Source of the DNA: Octopus vulgaris
Taxonomy: Eukaryota
Direction of reading: 5' to 3'
Length of the DNA: 64,000 nucleotides
NCBI GenBank assembly: GCA_951406725.2
Contig: OX597820.1
Span: 112,034,001 to 112,098,000 of the forward strand
In this document: in pieces, positions 12,019 through 25,627 of the stretch
Position numbering within the stretch: position 1 is the first letter of the stretch
Layout of the letters: each line of letters opens with the position of its first letter
Program-made: the position numbers and the translations under genes
The notes under the pieces: generated by a model
Seen by the model: only the letters and a program-made list of their open reading frames with translations
Told to the model about the DNA's origin: nothing
Database searches by the model: none

Positions 12019-14343
12019 ATATAACTGTGTACACCTACATTTCAATCAAAGCTGCTTCATGCACCGCCAGTTAATTATCATTATTACATTTTAACTGGTC
12101 ACGGCAGCCTCCCTATAATTTAAATGGCGGTGCTCCAGCATGGCCACAGCTTGTGAGCTGAAACTAGATAAATAGAAATAGAAATAGGTACATACGCACA
12201 ATAACTGTAGCAATTGTTTAATCCTGTATCAAAACAATTGTTGTAGTGGTGACCATTTTGTCTTTTTCCAATGAACTACATTAGCTAATGTTTCTTACTG
12301 ATAGAGGGAAATTTAGCCGTTAACATACCAAACAGCTCTCCTAATCCAAATGTCTGTGATTTTGGTAGAAAAAAGTAACTCACAGATAGCTAATAAAACA
12401 CCAAATATTACAGTGCTGTACAGTGGTAAACCATAACATGATATGTTCTGAAATGGTCAACTATGCATAGCTGCATATTGGCACTACTGGATAGGATTGG
12501 AAAAATCATAGAATTTATGAGTGCTTTGTAAGCTGAGTTCAAGTCAGCATTGGAAACATCTTAGAGACGACAGAACTCTGACAAGCAGAATGTCTCCAAC
12601 TTGTGTCTCCAGAGTAAGCCAGCTTGCTGGGTTATCTTGTACATGTCAGCCATTGCAGCTCCAAGTTATGTCCACTTTCTGTTACCTCAGTTTCAGCTTC
12701 GTCAGCTACTACTTTAGTTCTAAGTTGCCTACATCAGCATTAATAAGTTGAAGAATATTTTCCTGTTCACTACTCCCAGTGCCTGCATCATGTGCTTCAG
12801 ACTGATTTTCCAGGATGATAATGACATCACTTTTGTTTGTCTGCAATTCTGCAGGTATTAGATGGTTGTTACATATGCTATGTCTGCATATGTGGCTAGT
12901 TTGTTTGCATCAATATAATCATGGGTGTTGTTCCCTACAATTTCTCTCCAAATATTGAAACACTACTCAGTTGTTTTATGTCCTGGTTGGTTCAGTGCTG
13001 TGTAGAATGCTGTCATGATTTGTTCATACTACTCTTTCACCCACCTATTTTTTTGTGGCTCTGTTGACTTTTGTTTTATTAGAAGTTTGTCATAAGGGGT
13101 CAGGGTTGATTTCCCAGTTCTGATTTCCCTCAAGATCATTTACAGAAGAGCCTGTTACAATTGTCAATTTTTCAACCTCAGATTGGTTTCTCCCTGAGGG
13201 ACACATCCCTTGATGACCCTTGAGATGCACGATGTGGTGTAATTTGCTTCTAGTATGTATTTTATAAGAAGAGTCCATTTTATCCTTTCAAGCAACTTAT
13301 TTTCATCACTACTCTAGATACATTCACTTCAACAAGCTTAGAGGAGTCTGCCTACTTTCATTTATTATTATTATTATTATAATCATCCTCATCCTTATTA
13401 CTATAAAACCTTTCTTTTATAAGCTTATTGATTGTTTTACTTTTACTCAAAATACTCACTGAACCAAGATCCTTGACTTCTTTCACACTATATGTTTATC
13501 CTCTGGTACCCAACACCAAACATTCATATGGACCTCCAACCCTTGAGGATTCCCACTTTTCTAAGTATATTAATGATATTCATCTACTTTAAAGAGATGA
13601 CACACTAACCTAAATGTTTACACTGTTTGTGGAAGTAAGCTGAGTGACTAGTTAAGATATTGGACTACTTCTAGCAGTATGGCAGTTCAAATCAGCTTTA
13701 CTCCACAATGCTTTAGTTCAACCAAGTATTGTATGGAAAAGGCACCATATATAGGAAACAATGTTAGCTATCTAGGGAGATCTTTCTAGTTTTTTAACAC
13801 TTCATAATACAGAAGCAGGGCTAAGTATTAAATCTTAAAAAGGAATAACATATATTATTATTGTCCCTCAGCATTTTCAGTTCAACTTCCACTAAGATCA
13901 AATTTACTATTCATCACCATATGTGTTGATTATACACAATACAATAGTGTACTGAGAATTAATACAACTGATTCTATCCAACTTCTCTACAAGAATTGAT
14001 CTTGTGCAAATCAATATATTCTGCGTCTTCATTCTTCTGATTAGTGAAGCCAACTATGGACTGTTAGCAATGTCCTTTCCACATTTACACAACATAAAAA
14101 AAAAAAAACTTAGATTCCTTGAGGATTTCTTGGACTAAACATGACCAGTAAAATCCAACAGATGCTTATAAATGATCTCTTTTAATAAAACTTTAAGCAT
14201 GTTTACATGTATGTAAACATGTAGATGTTTGCATACATACATAAACACATATAGGTGCACAATCTCCAACATTTCAAGGTGGACAAGAGAATATGAAGAC
14301 ACACAAATACAAACACAGGTGGCACAAGAAGATTTCAACTCAC

Positions 14344-14403
14344 CATGTTGTTGAATGTGATACCGGCATCACCTATTAATTTCTTCGTCTTCAACATTGG
14401 GGT
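14344..14403 (-). CDS. GNS: N-acetylglucosamine-6-sulfatase, internal coding exon (TPMLKTKKLIGDAGITFNNM)
   Basis: 60 nt, CAG acceptor at 14404-14406 and GTGAG donor at 14339-14343 on the minus strand; peptide matches GNS [20 protein letters not shown]. Not in the ORF track. Confidence 0.92.
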
Positions 14404-15074
14404 CTGATGAAAAAGAATAGAATTAATATGATTACAAATTTTGGAGGCCAAATGTCAGTCAGAACACATACAGTGATGCAGGACGATGACAACGACGAAG
14501 ACGTGTCATTGTCATCATCATCATCGTTTAACATTCGCTTTCCATGCTGTCATGGGCTGGACGGTTTGACTGAGGACTGGCAAGCCAGGTAACCACACCA
14601 GGCACCAATCTCATCTGACAAGGTTTCTACAGCTGGATGCCCTTCTTAAAACCAACCACTCCAAGAGTGTAGCAGATGCTTTTCATGTACCACTGGCATG
14701 GAAGCCAGTCAGGTAGCACTAGCTTCGACCATACTTGAGTGGTGCTTTTTACGTTCCAGTCAGGTGTCACTGGAATTTGCCACAACAATGATTTCAATTG
14801 ACTCAACAAGTCTTCTCAAGCACAGTATATTGCCCATCAATTGAAGGGTACTCTTAAATGGGTCAGTTATGTGACACTGGCATAGGCCACAGCTATGGTC
14901 TCACTTGGTTTGCTAGGCCTTCTCATGCACAGCATATCTCCAAAGGTCTTGGTCACTTGTCATTGCCATTCTGAGGCCCAACATTCGAAAGTCGTATATA
15001 TATATGTGCAAAAGTCAGCTAAGGGACCATAAGTCAGGGAAAAGATGCACTTGTATATCTGTCAGTAGAGTGGG

Positions 15075-15361
15075 TATATTATCCAAAATGTATAGCATTA
15101 AATATCCATCATGGCTGATCTTAGCAATCAGTTTCGTGTAAAGGATACAATGGTGTGTTAGGTATATAACTTTATGCTCATCAGAATTAGCCGATATGAA
15201 AGGGAATATGGCGACTATTCCCTTCCATATCAGCAACCTCTGATGAGTGTAAAGTTATATAATTGGATTGTTACCTAACACTCTATTGTATTCTTTACAT
15301 GAAACCAATTGGTAAGATCAGCTGTGATGGATATTTAATACTATACATTTTGGATAATATA
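15075..15361. ncRNA. 287-bp palindrome with a type I hammerhead motif on each strand
   Basis: Plus strand: CTGATGA (15240), GTGTAAAG/CTTTACAT, GAAA, CCAATTGG, TA, AGATCAGC. The mirror copy is on the minus strand at 15113-15192. Confidence 0.75.
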
Positions 15362-15588
15362 TATATATATTTAGAGGTACAAGCATAGCTGTGTGTTGAC
15401 ATTGTACACGGTTTCTAAATAAGCTTTCTCATCATATAAGCAGTGACGTTTCTTTGTAGTCTTCTGTGAAAATATGTCTAGAATATTACTAGTGGAGGTT
15501 GGCAACAAGAGAGTATCTTTGCTTAGAAAATCTGCAGCAACAAATCTCATGCAAGCAGGGAAAAATAGACATTAAAATTATGATGATT

Positions 15589-15811
<223 letters not shown>

Positions 15812-16498
15812 GTATTTCTTTATTCACCATAAGGTTGAGAAAAAGAGGGGACAAAACAAACGTTGGGGTCAGGGTATCGAATGAGATGAAACATATGAAT
15901 AAACAAACGATTAAAATATATACAATTAAATGAGAATGAGTGATTAACAAAAAAATGAAGCGGAGGACGCGGTTGACCCCACAAACCACATACTCACACT
16001 GAAGACTTTGCTTTCTCCTTTTTTACATTCCCGATTAAACAGATTCTTTCACTCGCAACATACTTGCTAAAGACTTCCATCTTTTACGAAACACACTTTG
16101 CGACAGGCATTTCTTCTCCAGCCTTATTTTCTGTTTCATGTGGAAAACGAAAAAGTCGATTAGCTCGAGACTGGGGATGAACATGCCTGTTGCAATTCCT
16201 TTTACTCTCGTCTTCCACACTACTTCTTTCACCATAGCAACTACCGAAAGAAAACAGGCTCGCTCCTCCCTATTCAGGAAGGTCGGTGGAACTATCTTAA
16301 TTACAGATTCGCTCGACAGTTGTACTCTTCTCGAATGCGACAGCAGGTGTTCGACATAAGCCCAGAGTTCAGTCACCTTGGGGCATTGCACAATCGCATG
16401 CAGGACAGTTTCACTGTCCCTCTTACATCTTGCACAAACCGGCGAAGGTGCACACCCATGTCTAAAGAGCTTATCTCGAACCGGTAAAGCTCCTCTGT
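15812..16498 (-). mobile_element. 5'-truncated L1/Tx1-type LINE (C-terminal zinc-binding domain and 3' UTR)
   Basis: YRGALPVRDKL...CARCKRDSETVLHAIVQC (CCHC); the 3' end AATAAAGAAATA abuts (TC)n. Confidence 0.8.
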
Positions 16499-16526
16499 AA
16501 CATAAATAGATAAATATATGCATATA

Positions 16527-17215
16527 CATGGTTTGATCAATAAGTATCCGGACCATTACCATAGTAACAAAGCTAAAGCATGCAGAATGAAGCCACTTGG
16601 CACAAATTGACCTTGAACTCTGCCGTGCACGCACACTAAGTTTTAACGTTCTGGCTCACAACTGCTATTTACAGCAGTGCTTGGAAGGAAGGTGTGAAGC
16701 ATGTGATTGTCACAATGACCATGAAAGAGAAAGTTGAGTAGAGAATCTACATCAAATTTTGCCAAAAGCTTGGCGATACCTGCTCAGAGGCCAAAGCAAA
16801 GTTTTCAAAAAGTTTTTATCATTCTCAACACAATCGAGGAGATCTTGTGCAATTGAAACCCGAGTGTCTTTTTGGTCAGCCGAAAGCAGTTTTGGCACAA
16901 ACTTGGCGGACATGGGTCTCATATTGAAATCTTCAGTGATAATGGACTGAACTGAACCATAATTAATCTGCACATCCTCTGATAACTCATGGATGGAGAC
17001 TCAATGATTTCCCCTCACAGCTGCACACACATCTGTGATGTTTTTTTTCCAGTTCTGCTGGTTGCAGGTCTCCCAAAACGTTTGCCAATATCGACATCTT
17101 TTTTGGCCATCATGGAAATGTCTGAACGACTCATACACTTGTGCGCAGCTCATACACTCCTCTCCATACACTTTCTGCAACTTTGCATAGGCCTCTGAGC
17201 AGGTATCACCATGAC
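16527..17215. mobile_element. Decayed mariner element with internal inversion
   Basis: TA plus TIR-like CATGGTTTGATCAATAAGTATCCGGAC; transposase N-terminus on + (16721-16792), then on - (DTCSEAYAKLQKVYGEECMS; SAKFVPKLLSADQK). Confidence 0.7.
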
Positions 17216-18698
17216 AACTTTCTCTGTCATGGTCAATGCAGCAATCACATGCTGGAAACCATACCATTATATAAAAATTCAAATATGTCAATTGCAATGG
17301 GACATCTTTACAGATTGTGACATCTTGGTGAATATAAAACTCTAAATCATACTTTATAATTCTGAGCTCTAGTGTCAGTAACAGCAACAGACCAATTTAA
17401 ATAGACTAATGAATGCCTGCGCTTTTAGCAGATAATTTCATCTTCCGTTGTCAAACCACAAAAATACAGACATAAATAAACCAACACTAATTGTCAAGTG
17501 GTGGTGAGGGAGAAGCACAAAGACACATACACATATACAAGATGGGCTTTTTTCAGTTCCCATCTACCAAACCCAACCATGACGTTTTGTTCTACCCAAA
17601 GCTACAATAGATGATACTTATTGCCCAAGGTACCATGCAGTGGGACTGAACCTGAAACCATGTGGTTGTGAAGCAAACTTCTTACCACACAGCCATGTAA
17701 TATAGTTTGGAAGCATTGTAAAAATTAATACAAAAATTAATTTTAGAAAGGTACATCAGAACATTCTAGGAATTATATATTTTCAATCTTACAGTCAATA
17801 ACCATGTGCTTATTCTATAGCACATGGTAAACCGAGCTAAAGAATTGCAGTCTTCGCTCACATCTCAACCACAAAGCAATGACTTGACATCAGAATATTT
17901 TCTCTTGTTCAAGTGAACTTCTAGAATTCGTCTCCTTCACCTTGAACTCGTACCTAACAGAGTATGCATTTATGTAGCAAACTAAAAGAGAAGATATCAA
18001 GCTACAGCAAATATATTTAAACTTTCTTCACAACAGTATATGTTCACGCAAGTACCAAATGATTTTATTTAAACTTGTCTGGATTCTTCCTTTATTTGAT
18101 CAAAAATAAAGGAATTAGAAAATGTGTTGATACAGCTGCCATATAAAAATAAGTGTCCTGATCTTTGTTACCGAGTGTGCCAGGTGACAAGGCCACCACA
18201 ATAAGAGACGAGACACTTCAAGACTCCACTAAACCATGCAAATATGAAAAGAAAAAAAATGATGTAATAATGATAATAATGTGTGTGTGTGTGTGTGTGC
18301 ACACATGCTGAAGAAGTTGATGACAGCAATGTTTATTATTTAGCTCGAGATTGCACACCCCTACTACTGAGCGTATCCAACCATCTCATCTTTTATTTTC
18401 AGGTATAGCATGTCTAAGGCAAGTTTATCTAATGCATTATCATTCCTGCTTTAAGATGGTTGAGGGTGATTTGGTTACTATTTCTAGCAAGTTGACTAAA
18501 AACATAGACATTCCCTCATTGGCTCAGTTTCCATATGATGACAAGGGTCCCAGTTGATTCAATCAACGGAACAGCCTGCTCATGAGATTAATGTGCAAGT
18601 GGCTGAGCACTCCATAGACACGCATACCATTTCACATACTTCTCAGGGAGATTCAGCGTGACATAGAGTATGACGAGGCTGACCCCTTGAAATACAAG

Positions 18699-19530
18699 TG
18701 TAGTGACCCCTGGCGGTTATGACAAGCAAAACGGAAAAGAGATGTAACAAGAGTAATCTTCCTCTAGCTTCAAGAATGTTTGAGATTCTTCTGGAAGTTT
18801 CTGGTTTTACATGGAAGTCAGGGACTTCTGGTCCATCCCTATATAAAGGAAAGAAATTCTAAATTTGTGCCATTCAATACCTGTTGGTTCGTCTTTCTTA
18901 CTTGGAGACATGTGACTGCAAACAACATATTCCTGTAATGTTTATAAGCTTCCTTCAATTAACCTTGTATATGAACGCATTACCTCCAATAATAAAAGTT
19001 ATGACTTATTACAAGCGTCTCATGAATTCTATTTTCTTGCTGTTAAGAACAAGGCCTTCTACTATAAAATGGTGACCTCTCATGTTACGAACATGATAGC
19101 CGCTTCACTATAAAATAGTGACCTCCGACGTTGCGAACACGATACCCGCTTTGTTTGGATACGCAAACCACAGCAAATGGTACATCAACGCCAAGCTACA
19201 TTTTTCAAGGCAATTCCTATATTACTCTACAAGCACTTTTGATATTCTAATTTTGAAATAATTTCGTGTCTTTCACATCCAACAAGAAAGTCACTTATCA
19301 TGCCTGTTCTTTGTCATAATCATGAGTAACACTTCCATACCAGTTTATTCCGGTGATGCTAAACTATGGGTTGCACAACATGATTCTTATTCTATAGCAT
19401 GTGGTAGACCAAGCTACAGAACTGTAGTCTTCACTCGCATCTCAACCACAAAGCAATGACTCAACATCAGAATATTTTCTCTTGTTCAAGTGAACTTCTA
19501 GAATTCGTACCTAACAGAGTATGCATTCTT
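18699..19530 (+). mobile_element. Gypsy-type LTR retrotransposon remnant (5' LTR, PBS, gag fragment)
   Basis: TGTAGTG start, TATA and AATAAA inside, ...TACTATA end at 19066, TGGTGACC PBS at 19070; IPVYSGDAKLWVAQ resembles Gypsy gag N-termini. 19385-19525 is duplicated at ~17810-17970. Confidence 0.6.
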
Positions 19531-20574
19531 CAATAATCTTTTTTGAAGCAATTTCCTCTCACAATGTCGACTGTCAAAGCTTTATGCCAGTAAATTCATG
19601 TTGGAGCATTTCCAACATGGCGTCTGTCTTCACCTTCCTTACTGGTTCTTCCTGTGCAATTACCACTGAGCATGCACAGAGGATGTGCGCGCCTAATCTT
19701 GACAGTTCTCTGTTGCATTTGCCTGTCACAAACTTTTCACGTGGCCAGACTTCGACAGCCATGCACACAGTGTTATCATCAACACCACTAATACTGCCAC
19801 TGCCTCAGCCTTCACTAACATCACCACTGCCATGGTGTCAATGCTAATTTTGACTCATTCCTGCTCCATCTTCTGTACAGTAACCAGTTTTGTAGCCTTA
19901 TACAGTAAATTCCAGTCACTTTGAGTACCACACAGTTGGATGGCACTTCAAACGGCTTCCTTATCTGAGATGTGACATTTTTTTCACCAACCATGCATTT
20001 CAAAACAGCATTCATTGGAACAATTCCAAAGAACTGAACATTTGCATGTTTTTTGTTTTTCTTTCATGTTTTTTCAGTCTCATCATGAGCTTTTTTGTTC
20101 CAATTTTTTAGATGCACAGCTTTCACCGCAAGATACTGCATCAGACTCTGCAATTGGTGTTGCTTCACAGTGCTTTCAGCAGTTTCACTTGTATATTATT
20201 ATTGCTCAATGTTCATACACACACACACACATGCACATACATACATACATACATACATACATGCTGTCTGCCTCATGCTATCCACTCACACACATTTCTG
20301 AGTTTATTCTAGCTGAATGCTTTTCTGAAGCCTTTCTCAGCTGGCAAAAAAGGTCCCTACATGTCTTTGCCATGCATTGCTTCTCTGGTTAGCAGGATGC
20401 ACAAACCACCTCTTATAAACGCATTTTTTCTTCTTTGCATCATGTAGTGTTCCATGCATTTTCTTCCTTTGGTGCCTGATCAACACCAAGTTACAGGTGT
20501 CTGTAATGCACAGCTCTATTGATCAAACAATCAGAGCACTCATTGCAGAAATTAGCAAAGAATTCATTTACTTT

Positions 20575-20830
20575 ATACGCAAGTGAGCAGGTGAGCGAGT
20601 GAGCGAGTGTGAGTGAGCAAGTATGTGTAAGAGAGCAAGTGTATGAGAACATGTGTATGAATGAGTAAGCATGCAAGTGTGGGCAAGCAAGCACATGAGT
20701 GTGGGTGAGCAAGCGCATGTGAGAGAGTGAGCGAGCAAGCACACAAGTGTGAGTGAGCAAGCGTGCAAGTGTGAGTGAGCAGGCATGCGAGTGTAAGTGG
20801 ACACATGTGAGTGTGAGTGAGCATGTGTAT
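20575..20830. repeat. Degenerate GTGA/GCAA/GCAT simple repeat
   Basis: Direct reading. Confidence 0.8.
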
Positions 20831-21230
20831 GACAGCATAGAGGTTTTGTGAACGTGTATAGAAGCTTTGTGTGTATAGAGATTTGTAAATGCAGAGAGAC
20901 TTTGTGAGTATATAAAAGCTTTGTGAGTGCACACAGTGAACATAGATTAAAGTGAGAATGAGAAACTATGAAGCAGTGAAAGAGGAAAAAAGATCAGAGC
21001 TCATTACTGAATTAATAATGTGATGTGTGACAATATTTCACTGTTTATGGCCAATCCTTGTGATGGCCTTGTCCTACTTTACTGACACAGTGAGACTGAT
21101 CTACAGTGTTTATTGTATGTCTGACTAGCAGGGTAATCATGGGATAAAGGACGGAGGGTGTGTGTATGTGTGTGCGAGTGTGTGTAGATGATAAAGCATG
21201 GTTGGTAGGGAGGAGGGGAAAATGGGGAAA

Positions 21231-21292
<62 letters not shown>

Positions 21293-21759
21293 AAGAGGAA
21301 GGGAGAAAGCGGGAGGAAGAAAGAGGGAGAAAGAAAGCGGGGCGGGGCAAGAAAGAGGGAAAGAGAAAGGGGAGAAAAAAAAGAGGGAGAGAGGGAGAAA
21401 GAAAGAGAGAGGGAGAGGGAGAAAGAAAGAGAGAGGGAGAGGGAGGGAGGGAGGGGGGTCATCTTTGTACAAGTACAGATATACACAAAAATATACCAGA
21501 AAGAGAAAAGAAACCAGACAGTAGAGGGAAAAATAGTTTAATAGTGAAAGGGAGGGGAAAGAAAAATAATAGGATGGAGAGAGTAATAGAGAGTAGTGGG
21601 GAAGGGATAAGTAATAATATGAAGGGGAGAAAATAGATAGGAGAGAGGGAAATAAACAGAATGATGGAAAGAATAGATCTTTGATCATAGTTGTTCCAGA
21701 TGAGGCCATCACCCCAGCTCTTATTTTTTCCAGGCAATATATCTAAAACTATATTATGC

Positions 21760-21986
21760 GGTGAGCTGGCAGAAACGTTAGCGTGCCAGGTGAAATGCTT
21801 AGCCGTATTTCGTCTGCCGTTATGTTCTGAGTTCAAATTCCGCCGAGGTCGACTTTGCCTTTCATCCTCTCGGGGTCGATAAATAAAGTACCAGCTTCGT
21901 ACTGGGTCGATGTAATCGACTTAATCCGTTTGCCGGTCCTTGTTTGTCCCCTCTATGTTTAGCCCCTTGTGGGTAGTAAAGAAATA
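21760..21986 (+). mobile_element. tRNA-derived SINE with 10-bp target site duplication
   Basis: A-box-like GAGCTGGCAGAA, B-box GAGTTCAAATTC; TATATTATGC at 21750-21759 and 21987-21996. Confidence 0.85.
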
Positions 21987-22303
21987 TATATTATGCAATT
22001 TTTCTTTAGCAAACTGTTTGATACGAAAGAAATTTGGTTGATATTTTTAACAATTTGTGGGATGAGGCAAAGGTGACTTTGTTGGATTTACAGAAGGGTA
22101 GAGATTTAGAGAAAATGTTTAAAAGGACAATTGTGAGGGTAGCAGCAATTGATGACCCCTTAAAGATAGAAACTCTAGTTTTAGTATAGAATGGGAAAAA
22201 ATTAGCATAGCTGCACATTATATAACAGGAGGTAAAAGATGAAATTTGTGCATACAAGAAATTTTCCAGATTTTTACATCTAAACACAAGTTGCTTATAT
22301 ATA

Positions 22304-22810
22304 TCTATATATATAAAACTGTAGTGTCTGTCTCCTACGATTTAGATTCCTAACTCCTCCCACATTTTGCGGTGCAGTTTAACCAAATTCGGGTATCTTA
22401 TAGTCGTGATTCATATCGAGCCCGTCTGGCTATTAGCGCGCGTCTACGATGAGTCTACGATTTTAAAAATAATTTAACATCATTTTTTATTTCATTTTAA
22501 TGCATATTTTTTCGTGTGTCGATGGCGGCGGAGTTGGCGTCCACGCTCAAACACCTGCATCTGTGTTTGCTTCTCCGCCTTATTCCCTCCCTCGTGAAGC
22601 TGTGGGAAAGGGAGTTTAAGGAAATCAACGTCGTAAAGCGTTGTCAAGGAGACCAGCGTTCTTTTAGAACAACGACTTCATGGCTTGAAGACACCAAAAC
22701 AGAAATGGCTAAGAAAGCCCGAATTGGCATCTATAAGGGAAGTAACTCTCTAAAAATGCTTATATAGTTATTTCCCTTACAAATCCGAGCAACGCCGGGC
22801 GATACTGCTA

Positions 22811-22811
<1 letters not shown>
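22304..22811 (+). mobile_element. Non-autonomous Helitron
   Basis: Starts TC after A, ends CTAG before T, subterminal GC-rich hairpin CCGAGCAACGCCGGGC, no TSD. Confidence 0.8.
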
Positions 22812-22852
<41 letters not shown>

Positions 22853-22855
<3 letters not shown>

Positions 22856-24375
22856 GCCAGCACACTGTCAAACAAGATTCTCAGGGACAGAAAAAGCCTC
22901 ATGAGACATAGGTCAAAGATCTAAAAGTGGCTGGATAGATAACTGACGGATAGAGAGAAGCCTGTCTTAACTTGGATGCTCCTAGTAATTGAAAGTAAAG
23001 ATCAAACTCTCTCATGAAAGGGAAAGGAGAGAGAGAGAAAGAGAGAGAGAGAAAGAGAGAGAGAGAGAAGAGCTGTGGAAAGCGAAAAACAAATTCCAAA
23101 GCTTTCTATAAATTCACAAAGGAAACAGCTACAATATAAAATAGAACCATTGTTCCAAGGAAATGACTCACTGACAGCAGACCCAGGAAGAATAAGTGAG
23201 ATACTCTCAGTGAACAATTTAAAAGTGTCTTCACTTCCCCCCTTGGACACATGCAGATAAAAAATCCAGCTGAATTCTTTGATATTGAAGCTCTTAAAAA
23301 GGAGGTGCTAGACATTGATTACATCAACATTGAGGAAACAGATGTAATAGTGGCCATGGATGAAGGAGTTCATGCTCTGCCACTGGTCCTGATGGCTTCC
23401 CAGCTATTCTCCTAAAGTCAGAAGCAGGTTTTAGTGAAACCATTTCAGATACTTTTCCAAAGTTTCCTTGCAAGTGGTATACTTCCTAAAAACTTTCAAG
23501 TACTGCAATATAAACTCAGTACAAATATAGTACAATGTACATTTACAGCACCTGAAGGCACTACAATCCCAGAGTCAAAGGCAGTGAAAGATTTGAGGAT
23601 CAGTATGTGCAATGACGCATCATTTCATATGCACATAAGCAAGATGGCAGCAAAGTGCAGACAACTGGCAGGATGGATGCTGAGATCCTTCAAGACAAGA
23701 GACCAAGAAACTATGTTGACCCTGTGGAGAACCTTTGTTCTCAACTGCCTGGACTACTGTTCCTAGTTATGGTCACCGCATAGTGCCAAACTAACAGCAG
23801 AGCTTGAAGCAGTCCAAAGCCACTACAGTAAAAAGATTGAAACAGTGCAGTGGATGAGCTACAGGGATAGGCTGAGAAAACTACAGCTCTACACCTTAAA
23901 ATGAAGGCATGGCAGATAAGCAATAATATACATATGGAAAATCTTAGAAGGGCTAGTACCAAACTTTGGCATCGAGTGTAATACAAATGCGTGAATCAGC
24001 CGCCATTGTATTGTACCAAAGGTGCTGTCCACTCCATCTAAATTCAGGACCAGGTATTGTAATATTCCAGGGTTCAAAGGTCAACAGCTTTTCAATACCC
24101 TGCCACAAAAAAAAAGAAATTTGCATAAAGTGGAAGTAGATGTCTTCAAAAAGGAATTAGACATCCTCTTCTCCACAGTACTGGATGAACCAACAGCCCA
24201 ACATGAGTTACAGATGAGGGCAACAGAATCAAACTCAATTATACAGCAAATGTACCAACGGCTGGGAAAAAGGAACATACAAGAGTTATGTGGAACACCC
24301 AAGCTAAGGAAATCAGAACGACCATGGTGCTGCTCCAGCGTGATCACAGCCACATGGCAGAAATGAGTAAAAGAG
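22853..24375 (+). mobile_element. Decayed, internally deleted CR1-type LINE ORF2 and 3' end
   Basis: GPDGFPAILLKS, VKDLRI, GWMLRSFKTRD, LDYCS, GQQLFNTLP; homologous to 40969-42810; several stops. Confidence 0.85.
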
Positions 24376-24817
24376 TATATATACATATATTTATACTGAT
24401 ACGAACACAAAAAAATGTAGACGAACAAAAAAAACATTATGCCCCTTGTTCCATTAGTTGGGATAGAACCGGTGTTCCAGTTGTTCAGGTCAGTGGTATT
24501 TCCTTTGTCCTGTCAAGGAGCATGGTTATTGATGGCCGTAGGCACTTAATCTCTGGCCCTGTACGGTCACGGAGAGTTTAAAAAAAAGATAAAGTTTTGG
24601 CAAGAGAAATACGCACTGTTGACATACGGTATGTCTCTCTTTCTGGCTGACGGCCTAATATATACGGATAGCGCTAAGTTGCGAGGGCAGTCAGAGATGA
24701 CCGGACGAGGGGGAAGACGTGGTCTGACAGAGAGAGACAGGGGCAGTTGGAGACTGGCAAGTGATGTAGTTGGGATACTGCGCTTCGCCGAATAGAAATG
24801 TAAAATGAAGAAAATGT

Positions 24818-25627
24818 GGATCTTTTCCTTTTGAACAACACTTTGTAACATAATTTCTAGGTAACTAAAAAGTTTTAAACTTCATATACTGGTAGAATGT
24901 GTTTATAAAACATCATTTTCTCTTGGTTTTATTGAGTAAATTCTATAGTTTGTAAGATATTTCGTCTGAAATTTTGAGCATTTCGGCAATTTTAAACAAT
25001 CGATTACCTCCATTGAGCTAAAATCATTTGCTGTGTCTAAAACTGAGACAACATCCTGTCACTAACCCTAAACCTCACCCTAAGTTTTTTTTTTTCCTAA
25101 TTATTAAATTAATTTAATTGTTACGCGTGTAAAAAAAACGAAAGCAATGGAAAATAATTTAAACAATTAATAAGCAAAATAATTCTATAATTTTATACAC
25201 ACGCTTTCCGTACGTATACGGAAAGTCTGTGTTACGGAAAGCGTGTGTATAAAATTATAGAATTATTTTGTTTGTTAATTGTTTAAATTATTTTCCATTG
25301 CTTTCGTTTTTTTTACACTCGTAACAATGAAATTAATTTAACAATTAAGAAAAAAAAATTTAGTGTTAGGGTTAGGGTGAGGTTTAGGGTTAGTGACAGA
25401 TGTCTCAGTTTTAGCCGCAGAAAATGATTTTAGCTTAATTAGAGGCGATTCATTGGTTAAAATTCGAAAAATTAAACTACGTTAAACAAACGAATTACAA
25501 TTTTATCAAGAAAGATCCAAGCCGATAAGAGAAAAAAATGTTTTATTTTGACACATTCTACAAGTATACGAAGTTTTAAAGTGTTTAGTTAAGTAGAAAT
25601 TGTGTGCCGTTCAAAGGGAAAAGATCC
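24818..25627. mobile_element. Palindromic MITE, probably Merlin superfamily
   Basis: GGATCTTTTCC...GGAAAAGATCC termini, arms complementary almost to the centre, exact 8-bp TSD GAAAATGT (24810-24817, 25628-25635). Confidence 0.85.

Noticed and set aside
12675-12715. Minus-strand CTGACGA-AGCT-GAAA hammerhead-like string
   Set aside because: Stem II has no loop, stem I does not pair, and it lies in what looks like decayed LINE coding sequence.
21760-21850. tRNA gene
   Set aside because: A/B boxes belong to a multi-copy SINE head with a TSD; no complete cloverleaf.
25063-25392. Interstitial telomere or fusion site
   Set aside because: Only a few degenerate hexamers, located symmetrically inside MITE arms.
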